Virus record (IMG/VR): IMGVR_UViG_3300017761_003550
Location: 19,860 to 83,859 of that record
Reading direction: 5' to 3' (one strand)
Source: a virus
Taxonomy: Duplodnaviria > Caudoviricetes
Length of the DNA: 64,000 nucleotides
In this document: piece by piece, positions 27,662 through 38,896 of the stretch
How positions within the stretch are numbered: position 1 is the stretch's first letter
How the letters are laid out: every line of letters starts with the position of its first letter
Notes under the pieces: generated by a model
Databases searched by the model: none
What the model was told of the DNA's origin: nothing
The model's input: only the letters and a program-made list of their open reading frames with translations
Translations under genes and position numbers: made by a program

Positions 27662-30058
27662 ATGTCAGTAACTAAGAAACTGGTAACGAAGAAATTCAAC
27701 GTACACAACGCAAAGCAATTTGTTAGTGCTAATGATGAACTCTTCGTTTACGTAGCGAAACACACACCATATGCTCTGGGCGATGACCAGCTTACTGATC
27801 CTTCAGACTCAGTAGATCAAACAGTTCTAGATGTATACAACAACATGATTTTCGCAAAGAGAGTTGCGAACACAGATCTAATGCATATGATCCCAAAGTA
27901 TATGTGGACATCAAATACCGTATATGATATGTACACGCATTTAGATGGTGATCTTGCATCCAAAGAGTTCTATGTTATTACTGATGATGTTTCAGAATAC
28001 AACGTTTTTAAATGCCTCTATAATGCACAAGCTAATGCATCAATCGTAGCTCCTTCTCGCATGGGATCTAATGCGGATCTTCAACCATTTATTACGGGCG
28101 ATGATTACGTATGGAAATATATGTTTACTATCACACAAAACCAGTGGGACAAATTTGCTACAACAAGTTACGCTCCAGTCACTGCAAATACAACAGTAAT
28201 TTCGGAAGCAATTCCTGGAGAAATTGATGTTATCCGTATTGTAGATGGCGGTGCAGGATATAACAATTACATCGCCAATGGTATTTTCCGCACTGGAGAC
28301 ATCAAGGTTTCTGGTTCTGATACAACATATGGTGCACCTGAAACAGCATCAACGGTAGATGACTTTTATCGTGGTGGTGTTCTTAGAATGACCAGTGGTG
28401 GAGTTGGTGTTGTTAATAAATTTCGCAGAATCGTTGATTACGATGGAACTTCTTCTCAAAAGAAATTTACACTTGACCAACCATTTACCACAGCTCCACA
28501 GGTAGGAGACACCTACGAAATTCTCCCATATGTATTTGTGTTTGGTGATGGAAATGAAACATTATCTGCAGAAGCCATGGCTGTTGTTGATCCTGATGCA
28601 AGTAATACAATTATCGGTATTGAGATTCTAGAGCCAGGTGCGGGATATCGTTCTGGTTCTACATATGCCGGTGTATCATCTTCTGAGGTTCCAACAACAG
28701 CATCTAGCGTTCTTATTTCGGTACCAACGGTAATTGCAGAATCACCAAACTTTATTGCTGCAAACCTTGAGGTAATTATCCCACCAGCGGGTGGACATGG
28801 ATCAGATCCATGGAATGAATTGTTCGCTAATCGTGTTTGTGTTTATACTAAGTTTGCAAACACAGAAGGTGGGATGATCCCAACAGAAAACGATTTCCGT
28901 CAGGTTGGTATCATCAAAAACCCTCTCTTTACAAATCTTGACGTGTTCTATGATGCAAACGTAACAACAGGAAGTTTCTCTGTTGGCGAAACTGTATCAC
29001 AGTTTAAGAATCTCCGTCTAGCAGGTAACGTCTCTATCTCTACCGCTGCTAACACCATAACCAAAACAGATGCCGGTAAGATCTCATCAACGATTCTAAT
29101 TGCCAATGGTGGTATTGGATACAACTCTACTACCAACAACGAGATGGTTATTGCCGCACCGCCAGCGGGTGTGACTGCTACAGCTACCTTCGCGAACAAC
29201 GGTAGCGGAACCATCACTTCTATTACTGTAACCAACCAAGGTACAAACTACACTGAAGTTCCAACTGTAACAGTCGCGGCAGGTGCTGGTGGTTCGAATG
29301 GCGTGTTCACTGCCTCATTAGCAAACCCACTTGAAACTCTATTCGAAGATGCGTTTGATGTTGGAGATTATGTTCTTGTTCAATCTGATACAAGAAACTG
29401 GATCAGTAACGTTACAACAGTCACAAGTGATTCGGTTATCCAGGCGTCAAGCAACGCTCCATTCACAAGCACATCATCAACGGTAAGTGCACTTCTGCTT
29501 GCAGCAAGTGGCACTGTTACTGCAGTTTCTGTCGGTCAAGTTACGCTCAGCAATGTATCAGGTATCTTCGAAGAAGAAGCTAAGATTATTGGATTAACAT
29601 CTGGCGCTACATCACAGATTAGAAGTTCAAATGCAACATTCAATGCACTAGAACTAAACGATAAAGATCCTAATGGATTTAATACATCACTGCAGCTAAC
29701 ACGTCTACTTGGTAACTTTGAAGCTGGGGTAAATTTTGCAAATGACGAGTTGATTATCCAAACAGGATTGATCAGTTACACTGATCCACAAGGATTCTTA
29801 CACCACGCTGATATTGGCGGTGGATCTGATGATGACGTTCTATACATCTCAGGAGAAAGAGGATTGTTTGCTATCGACCCAAGTAACTTTAGACCAATTT
29901 TAGGTGACTCTTCAGGAGCAACCCTTTCTCGTCTTTCAGCTAAATATCCAGGTGACTTCGTAAAAGACAGCGGAGAAGTATTGTATTATGAAAATCTAGA
30001 CCCTATCTCTCGCGCTGGAAACAAATCTGAGATCGTCAAAATTATATTGGAATTTTAA
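27662..30058 (+). CDS. gp8: Baseplate wedge gp8, expanded
   Basis: FYVITD...YNVFKCLYN...GDDYVWKYMFTI, PAGGHGSD, NDFRQVGIIKNP, SGEVLYYENLDPISR. Confidence 0.9.
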   Translation: MSVTKKLVTKKFNVHNAKQFVSANDELFVYVAKHTPYALGDDQLTDPSDSVDQTVLDVYNNMIFAKRVANTDLMHMIPKYMWTSNTVYDMYTHLDGDLASKEFYVITDDVSEYNVFKCLYNAQANASIVAPSRMGSNADLQPFITGDDYVWKYMFTITQNQWDKFATTSYAPVTANTTVISEAIPGEIDVIRIVDGGAGYNNYIANGIFRTGDIKVSGSDTTYGAPETASTVDDFYRGGVLRMTSGGVGVVNKFRRIVDYDGTSSQKKFTLDQPFTTAPQVGDTYEILPYVFVFGDGNETLSAEAMAVVDPDASNTIIGIEILEPGAGYRSGSTYAGVSSSEVPTTASSVLISVPTVIAESPNFIAANLEVIIPPAGGHGSDPWNELFANRVCVYTKFANTEGGMIPTENDFRQVGIIKNPLFTNLDVFYDANVTTGSFSVGETVSQFKNLRLAGNVSISTAANTITKTDAGKISSTILIANGGIGYNSTTNNEMVIAAPPAGVTATATFANNGSGTITSITVTNQGTNYTEVPTVTVAAGAGGSNGVFTASLANPLETLFEDAFDVGDYVLVQSDTRNWISNVTTVTSDSVIQASSNAPFTSTSSTVSALLLAASGTVTAVSVGQVTLSNVSGIFEEEAKIIGLTSGATSQIRSSNATFNALELNDKDPNGFNTSLQLTRLLGNFEAGVNFANDELIIQTGLISYTDPQGFLHHADIGGGSDDDVLYISGERGLFAIDPSNFRPILGDSSGATLSRLSAKYPGDFVKDSGEVLYYENLDPISRAGNKSEIVKIILEF

Positions 30059-30061
30059 CAG

Positions 30062-33000
30062 ATGCCTCTACAGACTGATCTAAATCAAGCTCCATATTTC
30101 AACGACTTCGATCCGTCGAAGGGATATCAGCAAATTCTATTCAAGCCCGGTGTTGCCGTACAGGCTCGCGAGCTTAACCAGTATCAATCGATGCTGCAAA
30201 ACCAGATCGAAAAGTTCGGCGACAACATCTTCCGTCGCGGAACAATCATCGAGGGATGCGGCCTTACTTACTTCTCGGTGTTTCCATACGTCAAGCTGAA
30301 AGACGCTGAAGTAGATGGAACGCCCGTAAACGTATCCAGCTACCGTGGTCTGTATGTTAAGAGTGCTATTGACATCGCTAACAATACTGGTGGTCTTGAA
30401 GCTCTTATCGTCACATCAGTTGATGGATTCGAATCACAGTCTCCAGATCTCAATACGATATATGTGAAATACACCAATTCTGGCGTTAATGGTAACACAT
30501 CTGTATTCTCTGCTAATCAGGTTTTAACTGTTTACGACAAATCATATCCAATTTTCTCATATGACATTAATGACGGTTCAAGTGGGGTTTCTAACTCTGA
30601 CTCTGTTGTTGTTGTTTCAGCGCTGGCTATTCAAAACTCAACTGGCGGTTCAACTTTCCCAGGCGGAGCTTGGGATGTTGGGCATGTTATTCAGAACAAC
30701 GTAGCTAACCTTACCATCGTTTCAACAAATTCAACAGCTAACTCAACAGCACTAATTCTAAGAGTCAAGCCGCTCGCTGCTGACCTTAAACTTGCCAATT
30801 CTGTTCTTTGGACATTTAACGCCGGAGACACAATTCGTAACGCGACAACAGCCAACACCGCTAACGTTGCTGGTATTGTTGGGTATGGTGCTGGAGGTTC
30901 TCTGGTAACCGACTCACTCGGTAAAATTACTTCTATCGCGGTAACCAGTTATGGTACGGGTTATTATATAGCACCACATGTTACTGTGTCTATTGTCTCA
31001 AACAGCGCAATTACAACAGGCCAAATAAACCAGCTTGATGTTTCTGCGCTTAACTATCGCACAACTGTAACAGTCGCAGAAAGCGCAAGACTTCCTATCG
31101 GAACAGGATATGGCGTTAAGATCGCTCCAGGCGTTGTGTATCAAAAAGGATTCTTCTCAAGAGTCCTTGAACAAACAATTATCGTAAACAAATACTCTAA
31201 CACAGACTTCGATGCTGCTGTTGGGTTCACAACTGAAGAGGCTATCGTAACATCAGATGTGGATGAGACGCTTCTTGACAACGCAACTGGCAGCTATAAT
31301 TATGCTGCTCCTGGCGCCGATCGCCTTCAACTTAATCCTACTCTGGTCGTTCTTGACCCTATAGATGCTGCAGCTAATTCTGATTTCTTACCAATTATAG
31401 AGTTCAGTGATGGATCACCATTCCGTCAACGTACACAGACTGTGTATAATACAATTGGCGATGAGATGGCGAAACGTTCTTATGAACAATCAGGTAACTA
31501 CGTCATCAATCAATTCCTCGTACTCCCAAAGGATGACAGCGTATTAGCTAATACTGCAAGTACGTTCCAAATCGTTGTAGATCCTGGGCTTGCATACATT
31601 AAAGGTTATCGCGTTGAGACAACTGGTAACTTTGTTAAGAATGTAAACAAAGGTTCTAATACCGTAAACATTCCGGCAGCTACCTCGCGCGTAGCATACG
31701 GATCATATATCAGAATTCAAAATCTCGGTGGTATTTTCCGTTTTAATTACGGTGATACTGTTACATTCTATGATACAGCTAAAGGATACATCGCATCTGT
31801 AAGTAACGGCTCAAACGCGATTACTGCTCCAAGCGGTAATGTGATTGGTACAGCTCGCATGCGTGGAATGCTGACGGGTGATAACACTGGCGAATATAAT
31901 TTGTATCTCTTCGATATCCAGATGAGCGCAGGTAAAAACCTAGTTGATGTTCGTTCAGTATATTACAACAACACTATTGTCGGTGTCGCAGATACTGTTC
32001 TTGAATCAAACAACACGATTCTTCGTGACACCGGCCCAGGCTTTAATGGTCTGTTAGTAAAGAACCACAAAGCTACAGCATCTGCTAACAGCATCACATA
32101 CACATATCGTACTTTTGATACAGGTGAAAGTGCAAACACAACTGGATTTGCTACACTTGTGCCAGGTGGTTCACAATCATTCCCATACTCTGGAACACTA
32201 ACGACTACAGAACGTAAAGAGTTTATGGTTATCCCAAAGAATAACTATCAAGCTCTGTCAAATGCTGCTGGTTCAGTCTCATTCACATCAACTCATGCAA
32301 ACGTAGTTGGAACAGCTACAGTGTTCTTAACAGCTTATCGTGCTGGTGACTACATCAAAGTTGCAAACTCAACAGCTAATGCCGTTGCTCGTGTTCTGCA
32401 AGTAGCCAATGATACGTTTATGACACTTACCGCGAATGCTCCTCTTACAATCGCAAACACATCATATCTCTACTATCCAAACAACGTTCCTATTGCACTT
32501 ACCCGCGATGGTCGTTCAGTAGTAGTTGAGAGTAACGGTTCTATTACTATTGCTATCGGTAATAACATCGCTAACACAGCAGGCTCAGCATCTACTATGG
32601 ATCTAGCAATTGCTTACAATATTAAAGAAAATAACAGCGCAGCTAGTGCCAAAACAATCAAGCGTGGTATCTTTGCTCGTATTAAAACATCAAACAACTC
32701 TGCAGGTGTTCTAGGCCCATGGCCACTTGGAACTTCAGATGTATTTCGCATGCGTCAAGTACTACAAGCTAACGGTGCTTCTCTAACACTTTCTGTCAAC
32801 TCTGAGACAGCAGTGTCTAACACTGACGATTTTATAACTGTGTCAGGGAACAAGTTCGCAAACGGCGACTCGCTCCTGTACTCAAACACGACAGGAGCAG
32901 TAATTGTCGGACTCGCAAACAACACAACCTACTTTGCCGTTGATGCAAACACAACAGGATTTAAACTCGCTTCTTCGCGTAATGGATCCGCAATCCCACT

Positions 33001-35389
33001 TACATCAGTCTCTGGTGGCGGAAATCACAGCCTTATCGGAAGTCCTACGTATTTCGCTAATGGAACAAACGGTGCCACTGATATTACAAATGAGTTCTAC
33101 ATCGACCACAGACAAAATGAAGACTATCTAGATATTTCATATCTGGTACGTAAACCTAAACTTGCTGCACTGTCGAATAACGATGTGCTTCTTGTAATGT
33201 TTGATGTGTTCACATCAGGTGATGGTGTGAAATCTAAAAATTCATACAACGTGACTGACGGTCAAACTATTGCGACAATGGGTAATACTTCTATTAACAC
33301 ACTGGAAATTCCAGAAGTCTGGGGTATCAACGGTGAATATTATGATCTACGCGACCAGTTTGATTTCCGACCATCTGTTGCTAACACTATCCCTCTAATC
33401 TCAGAGGCTTCTAACACTTCTGTCCTGAACCCAACAGTGCCTGTTTCTAAATTTACAGCAGCTGATAAGAAGTTTCCAGTATCCGATTCGGATCTAGTAG
33501 CTAACGTCTCCTACTACCAAGGGCGCACTGATCGTGTGATCGTTGGACGCGATGGAACGATCGATGTGATCCGAGGGTACGACGGTAAGACCGAGCCGCC
33601 ACCCCCACCAAACGACTCGATCACTCTTCAATTACTTGAAGTGCCGCCGTACCCATCATTACCAAAGTCGATGTCACCAGCAATTATTACTCTGGCTGAT
33701 ACGCAAGTATACAACGGTAAAGGTTCCGAACGTATCTTTGAGTATACCGTAGGAACACCTATTGACGAGACCCAACGCGAAATTCTACAGGTACGTAACT
33801 ACCGTATGGAAGACATCGCGGCAATCTCGCACCGTATCTCTGCTTTAGAGTATTATGTTTCGTATACACTAGCAGAAACTGTTGCGAAGGCACGATTTAT
33901 TCCATCAAGTCTCGATGGTGGTGTTGATCGCTTCAAAGTAGGATTTTTCGTTGATCCGTTTACGAATTATAACTTCTCTGAGACACTCGACCCAGAGTTC
34001 TATGCTACAATTGAAGACGATCAGCTTACAACTCACATCGCCGAAACGATTCTCGAATTCCGTCACGAAACATCACCTGGTGGTGGTGAGTCTATGGCGA
34101 CTCTTGACTACGAAGAGTTTACAGCATTCAGGCAGCTTGATTCAACAAACGGACCTCTGATTGAAATTGTTGATGACCTAGTAACAGTTATTCCAAACCC
34201 ACCTACTCCTAACAATACACCAGTAGTACCACCACCGCAGCCACCAAGTCAGAGTAACACAGATGTTACTATTATTACTGTTACCCAGCAGATTACTTCT
34301 GAGAACAAGGTAAACAAATCTGCTGCTTGGAACATGAATGGACAAGTGTTCGAAGACTGGACATTTACAATGTCCGCTACAACTGGTCCAGTAGAAATTT
34401 ACATGAACCATCGTGCACGTCTAAATGCAATTGCCGTGTATCAATCTGAATCAGCAAATGGTCCTTGGGTTGAAAAAACAAATTCTAATGCTGCATTTGG
34501 TATTTCAACAGCAGATATCAACACTAAAGGTATCAAAAACATTATGAGTAATTATGGTTATTACAAACCAAATGTTACATTCCGTGATTCAACTATTGTT
34601 CCAGGAACATCTATTTACTGGTTCCGTGAACACCAAAAATTACTCTTCACGCATGATCCAGCAAATGGTATATACTATAAGATCCGCATCTTTAAGGGTA
34701 GAAAAAACGTATCTGCTGGCCCATTCGGTAATTATGAATTTAAAATTTACTATCCAACTGACTCAATATCAAGCCGTACTATCTCAACAAGTAGCCCTGA
34801 CACTTATGTCTACGCTGGCGAAGTTGTTGATATCGTTCCACGTAACATTACTATCGGCGGCTCGAACATTAATGACCCGAGCAACTATCAAATCTGGCTG
34901 TCGCAAGGCGAAGCGCCAGGAATTAGTGACGCCCAGCTGATTAACAACGGCAATCAATCTTACTGGTACACAAATGGTAACAGACATCGAATCTCTGTTA
35001 TTGGTCTAAAACCAAATACTGTGCATACGTTCATGTATGACGGTATTCCATCAACAGATAAATGTGTTCAAATCCGTACAACAACAGACAACGTGACTGG
35101 ACTAAAAACTGATGAAAATGGTTCGCTAACGTTTGATTTCTATAACGATCTACAGGTTGATTGGTCAACAATTCAAACATCATTCGCAGAAGATCAACTA
35201 CGTAGTGGATCTACACCAGGAAATAAATCCTTTGAGATTGAAAGTTTTGATGGTAGTTCTCTCGCCACTGGTGTTATTACAGTAACACCATGGCTCGCAG
35301 CTCCAACAAAAGCTGTTACAGTCGATGTGGTAGAAACTGCTAGAGAAGTGGTCCAAACTCGAGGCAAATATGGTACTCGACTCGTCTAA
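30062..35389 (+). CDS. Large virion structural protein, VrlC/DUF4815-like
   Basis: TDLNQAPYFNDFD...ILFKPGVAVQARELNQYQSMLQNQIEKFGDNIF; YRMEDI...RISALEYY.SYTLAE. Confidence 0.85.
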   Translation: MPLQTDLNQAPYFNDFDPSKGYQQILFKPGVAVQARELNQYQSMLQNQIEKFGDNIFRRGTIIEGCGLTYFSVFPYVKLKDAEVDGTPVNVSSYRGLYVKSAIDIANNTGGLEALIVTSVDGFESQSPDLNTIYVKYTNSGVNGNTSVFSANQVLTVYDKSYPIFSYDINDGSSGVSNSDSVVVVSALAIQNSTGGSTFPGGAWDVGHVIQNNVANLTIVSTNSTANSTALILRVKPLAADLKLANSVLWTFNAGDTIRNATTANTANVAGIVGYGAGGSLVTDSLGKITSIAVTSYGTGYYIAPHVTVSIVSNSAITTGQINQLDVSALNYRTTVTVAESARLPIGTGYGVKIAPGVVYQKGFFSRVLEQTIIVNKYSNTDFDAAVGFTTEEAIVTSDVDETLLDNATGSYNYAAPGADRLQLNPTLVVLDPIDAAANSDFLPIIEFSDGSPFRQRTQTVYNTIGDEMAKRSYEQSGNYVINQFLVLPKDDSVLANTASTFQIVVDPGLAYIKGYRVETTGNFVKNVNKGSNTVNIPAATSRVAYGSYIRIQNLGGIFRFNYGDTVTFYDTAKGYIASVSNGSNAITAPSGNVIGTARMRGMLTGDNTGEYNLYLFDIQMSAGKNLVDVRSVYYNNTIVGVADTVLESNNTILRDTGPGFNGLLVKNHKATASANSITYTYRTFDTGESANTTGFATLVPGGSQSFPYSGTLTTTERKEFMVIPKNNYQALSNAAGSVSFTSTHANVVGTATVFLTAYRAGDYIKVANSTANAVARVLQVANDTFMTLTANAPLTIANTSYLYYPNNVPIALTRDGRSVVVESNGSITIAIGNNIANTAGSASTMDLAIAYNIKENNSAASAKTIKRGIFARIKTSNNSAGVLGPWPLGTSDVFRMRQVLQANGASLTLSVNSETAVSNTDDFITVSGNKFANGDSLLYSNTTGAVIVGLANNTTYFAVDANTTGFKLASSRNGSAIPLTSVSGGGNHSLIGSPTYFANGTNGATDITNEFYIDHRQNEDYLDISYLVRKPKLAALSNNDVLLVMFDVFTSGDGVKSKNSYNVTDGQTIATMGNTSINTLEIPEVWGINGEYYDLRDQFDFRPSVANTIPLISEASNTSVLNPTVPVSKFTAADKKFPVSDSDLVANVSYYQGRTDRVIVGRDGTIDVIRGYDGKTEPPPPPNDSITLQLLEVPPYPSLPKSMSPAIITLADTQVYNGKGSERIFEYTVGTPIDETQREILQVRNYRMEDIAAISHRISALEYYVSYTLAETVAKARFIPSSLDGGVDRFKVGFFVDPFTNYNFSETLDPEFYATIEDDQLTTHIAETILEFRHETSPGGGESMATLDYEEFTAFRQLDSTNGPLIEIVDDLVTVIPNPPTPNNTPVVPPPQPPSQSNTDVTIITVTQQITSENKVNKSAAWNMNGQVFEDWTFTMSATTGPVEIYMNHRARLNAIAVYQSESANGPWVEKTNSNAAFGISTADINTKGIKNIMSNYGYYKPNVTFRDSTIVPGTSIYWFREHQKLLFTHDPANGIYYKIRIFKGRKNVSAGPFGNYEFKIYYPTDSISSRTISTSSPDTYVYAGEVVDIVPRNITIGGSNINDPSNYQIWLSQGEAPGISDAQLINNGNQSYWYTNGNRHRISVIGLKPNTVHTFMYDGIPSTDKCVQIRTTTDNVTGLKTDENGSLTFDFYNDLQVDWSTIQTSFAEDQLRSGSTPGNKSFEIESFDGSSLATGVITVTPWLAAPTKAVTVDVVETAREVVQTRGKYGTRLV

Positions 35390-35420
35390 TAAATAATATG
35401 AATTAAGATAAGAGAAACAT

Positions 35421-37553
35421 ATGACTCTCTATAATTACATCCAAACATTTTTTGCCGATTTCGAAGCGGTTAATAGATCACCTGAGATGATGGTGACTTC
35501 TATTAATCTGTATTTTAAATCTAAACCTAACGCTGATAGCAACACATCTGGGGCAGCAAAGCCACAGGTATCGATGTGGTTGTGTGAAATTGATAATAAC
35601 GTTCCAAACCCTGATAAGAAATTAAAAGATTCAACAACATGGGTTGAGTGGGACCAAATTGCCTGCTCTACGAACGCCACAGCATCTACGACATTCTCTT
35701 TCCGTAACCCGGTTCTATTAAAATCAAACACACCCTATGGTATTGTAATTAGATTTCAAGACAGCGGTTTTATTTTGTGGGAAAACGTTCGCGGAGACGC
35801 TCTAGTTCGTGAAACAGGAACAACACAGGTCGCGTCAACTGGTTCTCAGAGCACAACAGACGGTTCGCTCTTTAAATCGGTGTCACCAGGATCAGATGCT
35901 CTTCGTTATGTTGATCGTGATCTTAAATATGAGATCAAAGTCGCTAGATTTACCGGTGCAAACACATCTGTATATGTTGTGAATAAAGATTATGAGTTTT
36001 TTACGATCAACACGGTCGTTGGTGGTTTTATTCCAGGCGAATTAGTATATAAACAGACATCTAATGCTAGTGGAAACATCACAATTTCGAGTACAAACAC
36101 ACTTGTAACAGGTGTTGGTACTGTTTTCGAAACAATGTACGAAGGTCAAACAATTATCATTGACAATGCTTCTGCAAATGGCGAAGCTATCGTAAAATCA
36201 ATTACCAGCAACACAGAAATGTATCTTGATCGTCCAATGAACTTTTCTGGAGCAGGAAAATACAAAACACCAGTCGTTGGTAAGGTGTTTAAATATTCTG
36301 CACCATCAAAAACTCTTTTCCTAGTTGATTCTAACGCTGCAAACGGCACATTTAAGTTTGCAGCGGGTGATACTATAGTCGGAGCTCGTTCTTCTACAAC
36401 AGCCAACGTTGTTTCGCTTGATCGCTACTCTGTAGACAGTTTTGTTCCAAAATTTACACTCAATGGTCCGGTTGCTGGTTCGTTTGAGCTCAGCTACAAG
36501 ATTGCAACCGAAGCAAACACGCTACAATCATCCTACACTGGTTTCAGTCTAAATAATATTAACAGAGTTGGCCAGGTTTCATATGTGCTGTCTCGTTCTC
36601 AAGAAGTTGAGGGTTCCTCTCTCTATGGAACGGAAAAGAAATCAGTTGTGGCGAAAATCGACCTCTCAGTTACCGGCACAGGTAACGCATTTACCGCACC
36701 ATTCATCGACTGCGATGATCTTGATCTAATTATCAAGAAACATGAAGTAAACAACACATACAAAGAAACTCGGAATTACGTATCATCTGCAAACAGCAGT
36801 TACTTTTATTCTATCGCAGATTATGATACTGAAATTGATCGTAATGGTCTTTCTCAGTCAAAGTATATCTCGAAGAAAGTGTCATTCGCTCCCGGAGTGT
36901 ACGCTGAAGATTTAAAAGTCTTTCTAGCGGCTTATCGTCCGTCTGGAACTGAAATTCGCGTATATGCTAAGCTCCACAACTCTGCGGATGTTGATCCATA
37001 TGATATTAAGGCGTGGACGCCATTGGTTATTTCGCAGAATAATTCTAAGTACTCTTCTGAGAATGATCTAACAGATCTTGTTGAGTATACATACAGTCTG
37101 CCACAGTATCCTGAGATTATGTCTACTCATGGAGAAAGCAATCTTGCAGAGTACGGAAACAACATTATTAGAACGCCATCATCATTAGAATCAGTTCTAC
37201 AAGAGAATGATCTAATCCGTATCTATAAACCTGACTTTGCTGAGACGAATCATGAAGTTTATTCAGTTCTATCTTCTAACTCAACTACTATCACAGTAAA
37301 CCGCACAATCCGTAATACAGATATCGTTAATGGATTAGGTCAACCAGCTGTCGGTGTTGGTATCGATAAATTGAAATACAAGAATATCACATTCAACAAT
37401 CTGGCTAATGATAATGTGGCTCGTTACTATACATCTTCTAAAACTGAATTTGATAACTTCAATACAATGCAAATTAAGATCGTTATGCTTACAGATTCTT
37501 CAAACAAGAATCCTCGCGTTGAACAAATTCAAGCGATCGGGGTGAGTGCTTAA
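35421..37553 (+). CDS. Virion structural protein related to the C-terminal part of VrlC-type proteins
   Basis: IQTFFA...TSINLYFKSKP, DRDLKYEIKVARF, KYISKKV...AEDLKVFLAAYRP. Confidence 0.7.
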   Translation: MTLYNYIQTFFADFEAVNRSPEMMVTSINLYFKSKPNADSNTSGAAKPQVSMWLCEIDNNVPNPDKKLKDSTTWVEWDQIACSTNATASTTFSFRNPVLLKSNTPYGIVIRFQDSGFILWENVRGDALVRETGTTQVASTGSQSTTDGSLFKSVSPGSDALRYVDRDLKYEIKVARFTGANTSVYVVNKDYEFFTINTVVGGFIPGELVYKQTSNASGNITISSTNTLVTGVGTVFETMYEGQTIIIDNASANGEAIVKSITSNTEMYLDRPMNFSGAGKYKTPVVGKVFKYSAPSKTLFLVDSNAANGTFKFAAGDTIVGARSSTTANVVSLDRYSVDSFVPKFTLNGPVAGSFELSYKIATEANTLQSSYTGFSLNNINRVGQVSYVLSRSQEVEGSSLYGTEKKSVVAKIDLSVTGTGNAFTAPFIDCDDLDLIIKKHEVNNTYKETRNYVSSANSSYFYSIADYDTEIDRNGLSQSKYISKKVSFAPGVYAEDLKVFLAAYRPSGTEIRVYAKLHNSADVDPYDIKAWTPLVISQNNSKYSSENDLTDLVEYTYSLPQYPEIMSTHGESNLAEYGNNIIRTPSSLESVLQENDLIRIYKPDFAETNHEVYSVLSSNSTTITVNRTIRNTDIVNGLGQPAVGVGIDKLKYKNITFNNLANDNVARYYTSSKTEFDNFNTMQIKIVMLTDSSNKNPRVEQIQAIGVSA

Positions 37554-37750
37554 TGGAGACTTTCGTTAGAGCAAAAGATACTGGCGCTTTAATAAATACA
37601 AACGCGAAAGAATTACTTGAGATAAAGAAAAAACGTGCAGAAGCGAAACAAGCTAAAGAGACGATGATGCGTCTTGACGCTCTCGAGAATGAAGTTAAAG
37701 AATTAAGAGAGCTCGTTTCAAGGCTCACAAAAGGAACGATAGATGTCTGA
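37553..37750 (+). CDS. Small coiled-coil hypothetical protein
   Basis: FVRAKDTGALINTN...RLDALENEVKELRELV; overlaps both neighbours. Confidence 0.65.
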   Translation: METFVRAKDTGALINTNAKELLEIKKKRAEAKQAKETMMRLDALENEVKELRELVSRLTKGTIDV

Positions 37751-38888
37751 GGCAGTATCAAATGTAAATATCCTCGCGGATACCTTCGAGGGATGGCTAA
37801 ATCGCCACAACCAGATTTCACATCTGATGTCATTATCTGCAATTACCGCAAATGTATCCGGTGCTAATACGGGCAACTCAACAGTTTCTCGTATTTCACA
37901 ACTATGGGGAACTTTTGGTGCTAACACACTTGTTGCTACAGATGGGCTTCGTGGTGGTAACGTATCTACAGTAAACGCTCTTCCAGTTGTTGCAAACCTT
38001 GAGGTTTATGTAGGAGCATCTACTGGTGCAAACGTTCCAGTTGTAAAGGTTGGTAATTCTACAGTTATCTCAACAATTGATCTTTATGGTCTCAGAGCTG
38101 GTAACGGAACATCCAATACCGTCATCAGTAACAGTTCTATTATATCTCAATCTAATACGACCGTCAAGTCAAATATCACTCCAACAGAAATAAATGTTGC
38201 GAATGGTGCGGTAAACGCTTCAATGACTCCTATTGGCTTTGTAGCCGGTATTACTGGTGCAAACCAGACTCACAAATACGTTGGAGCGAATGTAGTTCTT
38301 AGCAGCAGTTCGGTAACTGTTGGAAACTCTACATTAAACGCTGTTATGACATCGCAAGAACTACTGGTGCAAGCGGGTGCTAGCACTTCTTCTATTAGAG
38401 AAGATGGGATCTCAACTTCAGGAACCATGAATGTCTCGAGCAACGCGACCTTCCTCGGTCCAATCGCTGCTAATAACACTGTGTCTCTTGCAAATACATT
38501 GACGGTGACTGGCGCGACATCGGTTAACAACACCATAACGATCAAAACCGAATATGTTCTGGATGTTGCTTCAAACACAAACATTGGTTCTAACGTAACT
38601 CACAACCAGTTGATCTTCAGTTTCCCAAAGGCGACTTACTCTTCGGGTAAACTTAGTGTTCAAATCAAAAATGGGACAAACACTCAGATCTCCGAGATCG
38701 TTCTTGCTCACAACACATCTAACGCTTATCTGACTGTTTACGGTACAGTTAGCTCACCACCGAGCGGTAACTCTTCACCATTACTCGGTGTATTCGAAGC
38801 TAACATAAATAATGCAAACGTTGAACTTCTTATTATTCAAACTCAGGCGAGTTCTTCAGCGAAGATCGTCGGGCATTTAATCAAGTAA
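37743..38888 (+). CDS. Asn/Ser/Thr-rich fibre or fibre-attachment protein
   Basis: DTFEGWLNRHNQ N-terminus typical of T4-like fibre anchors; C-terminal YSSGKLSVQI...QISEIVLAH...YG domain. Confidence 0.7.
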   Translation: MSEAVSNVNILADTFEGWLNRHNQISHLMSLSAITANVSGANTGNSTVSRISQLWGTFGANTLVATDGLRGGNVSTVNALPVVANLEVYVGASTGANVPVVKVGNSTVISTIDLYGLRAGNGTSNTVISNSSIISQSNTTVKSNITPTEINVANGAVNASMTPIGFVAGITGANQTHKYVGANVVLSSSSVTVGNSTLNAVMTSQELLVQAGASTSSIREDGISTSGTMNVSSNATFLGPIAANNTVSLANTLTVTGATSVNNTITIKTEYVLDVASNTNIGSNVTHNQLIFSFPKATYSSGKLSVQIKNGTNTQISEIVLAHNTSNAYLTVYGTVSSPPSGNSSPLLGVFEANINNANVELLIIQTQASSSAKIVGHLIK

Positions 38889-38896
38889 GGTAACGT

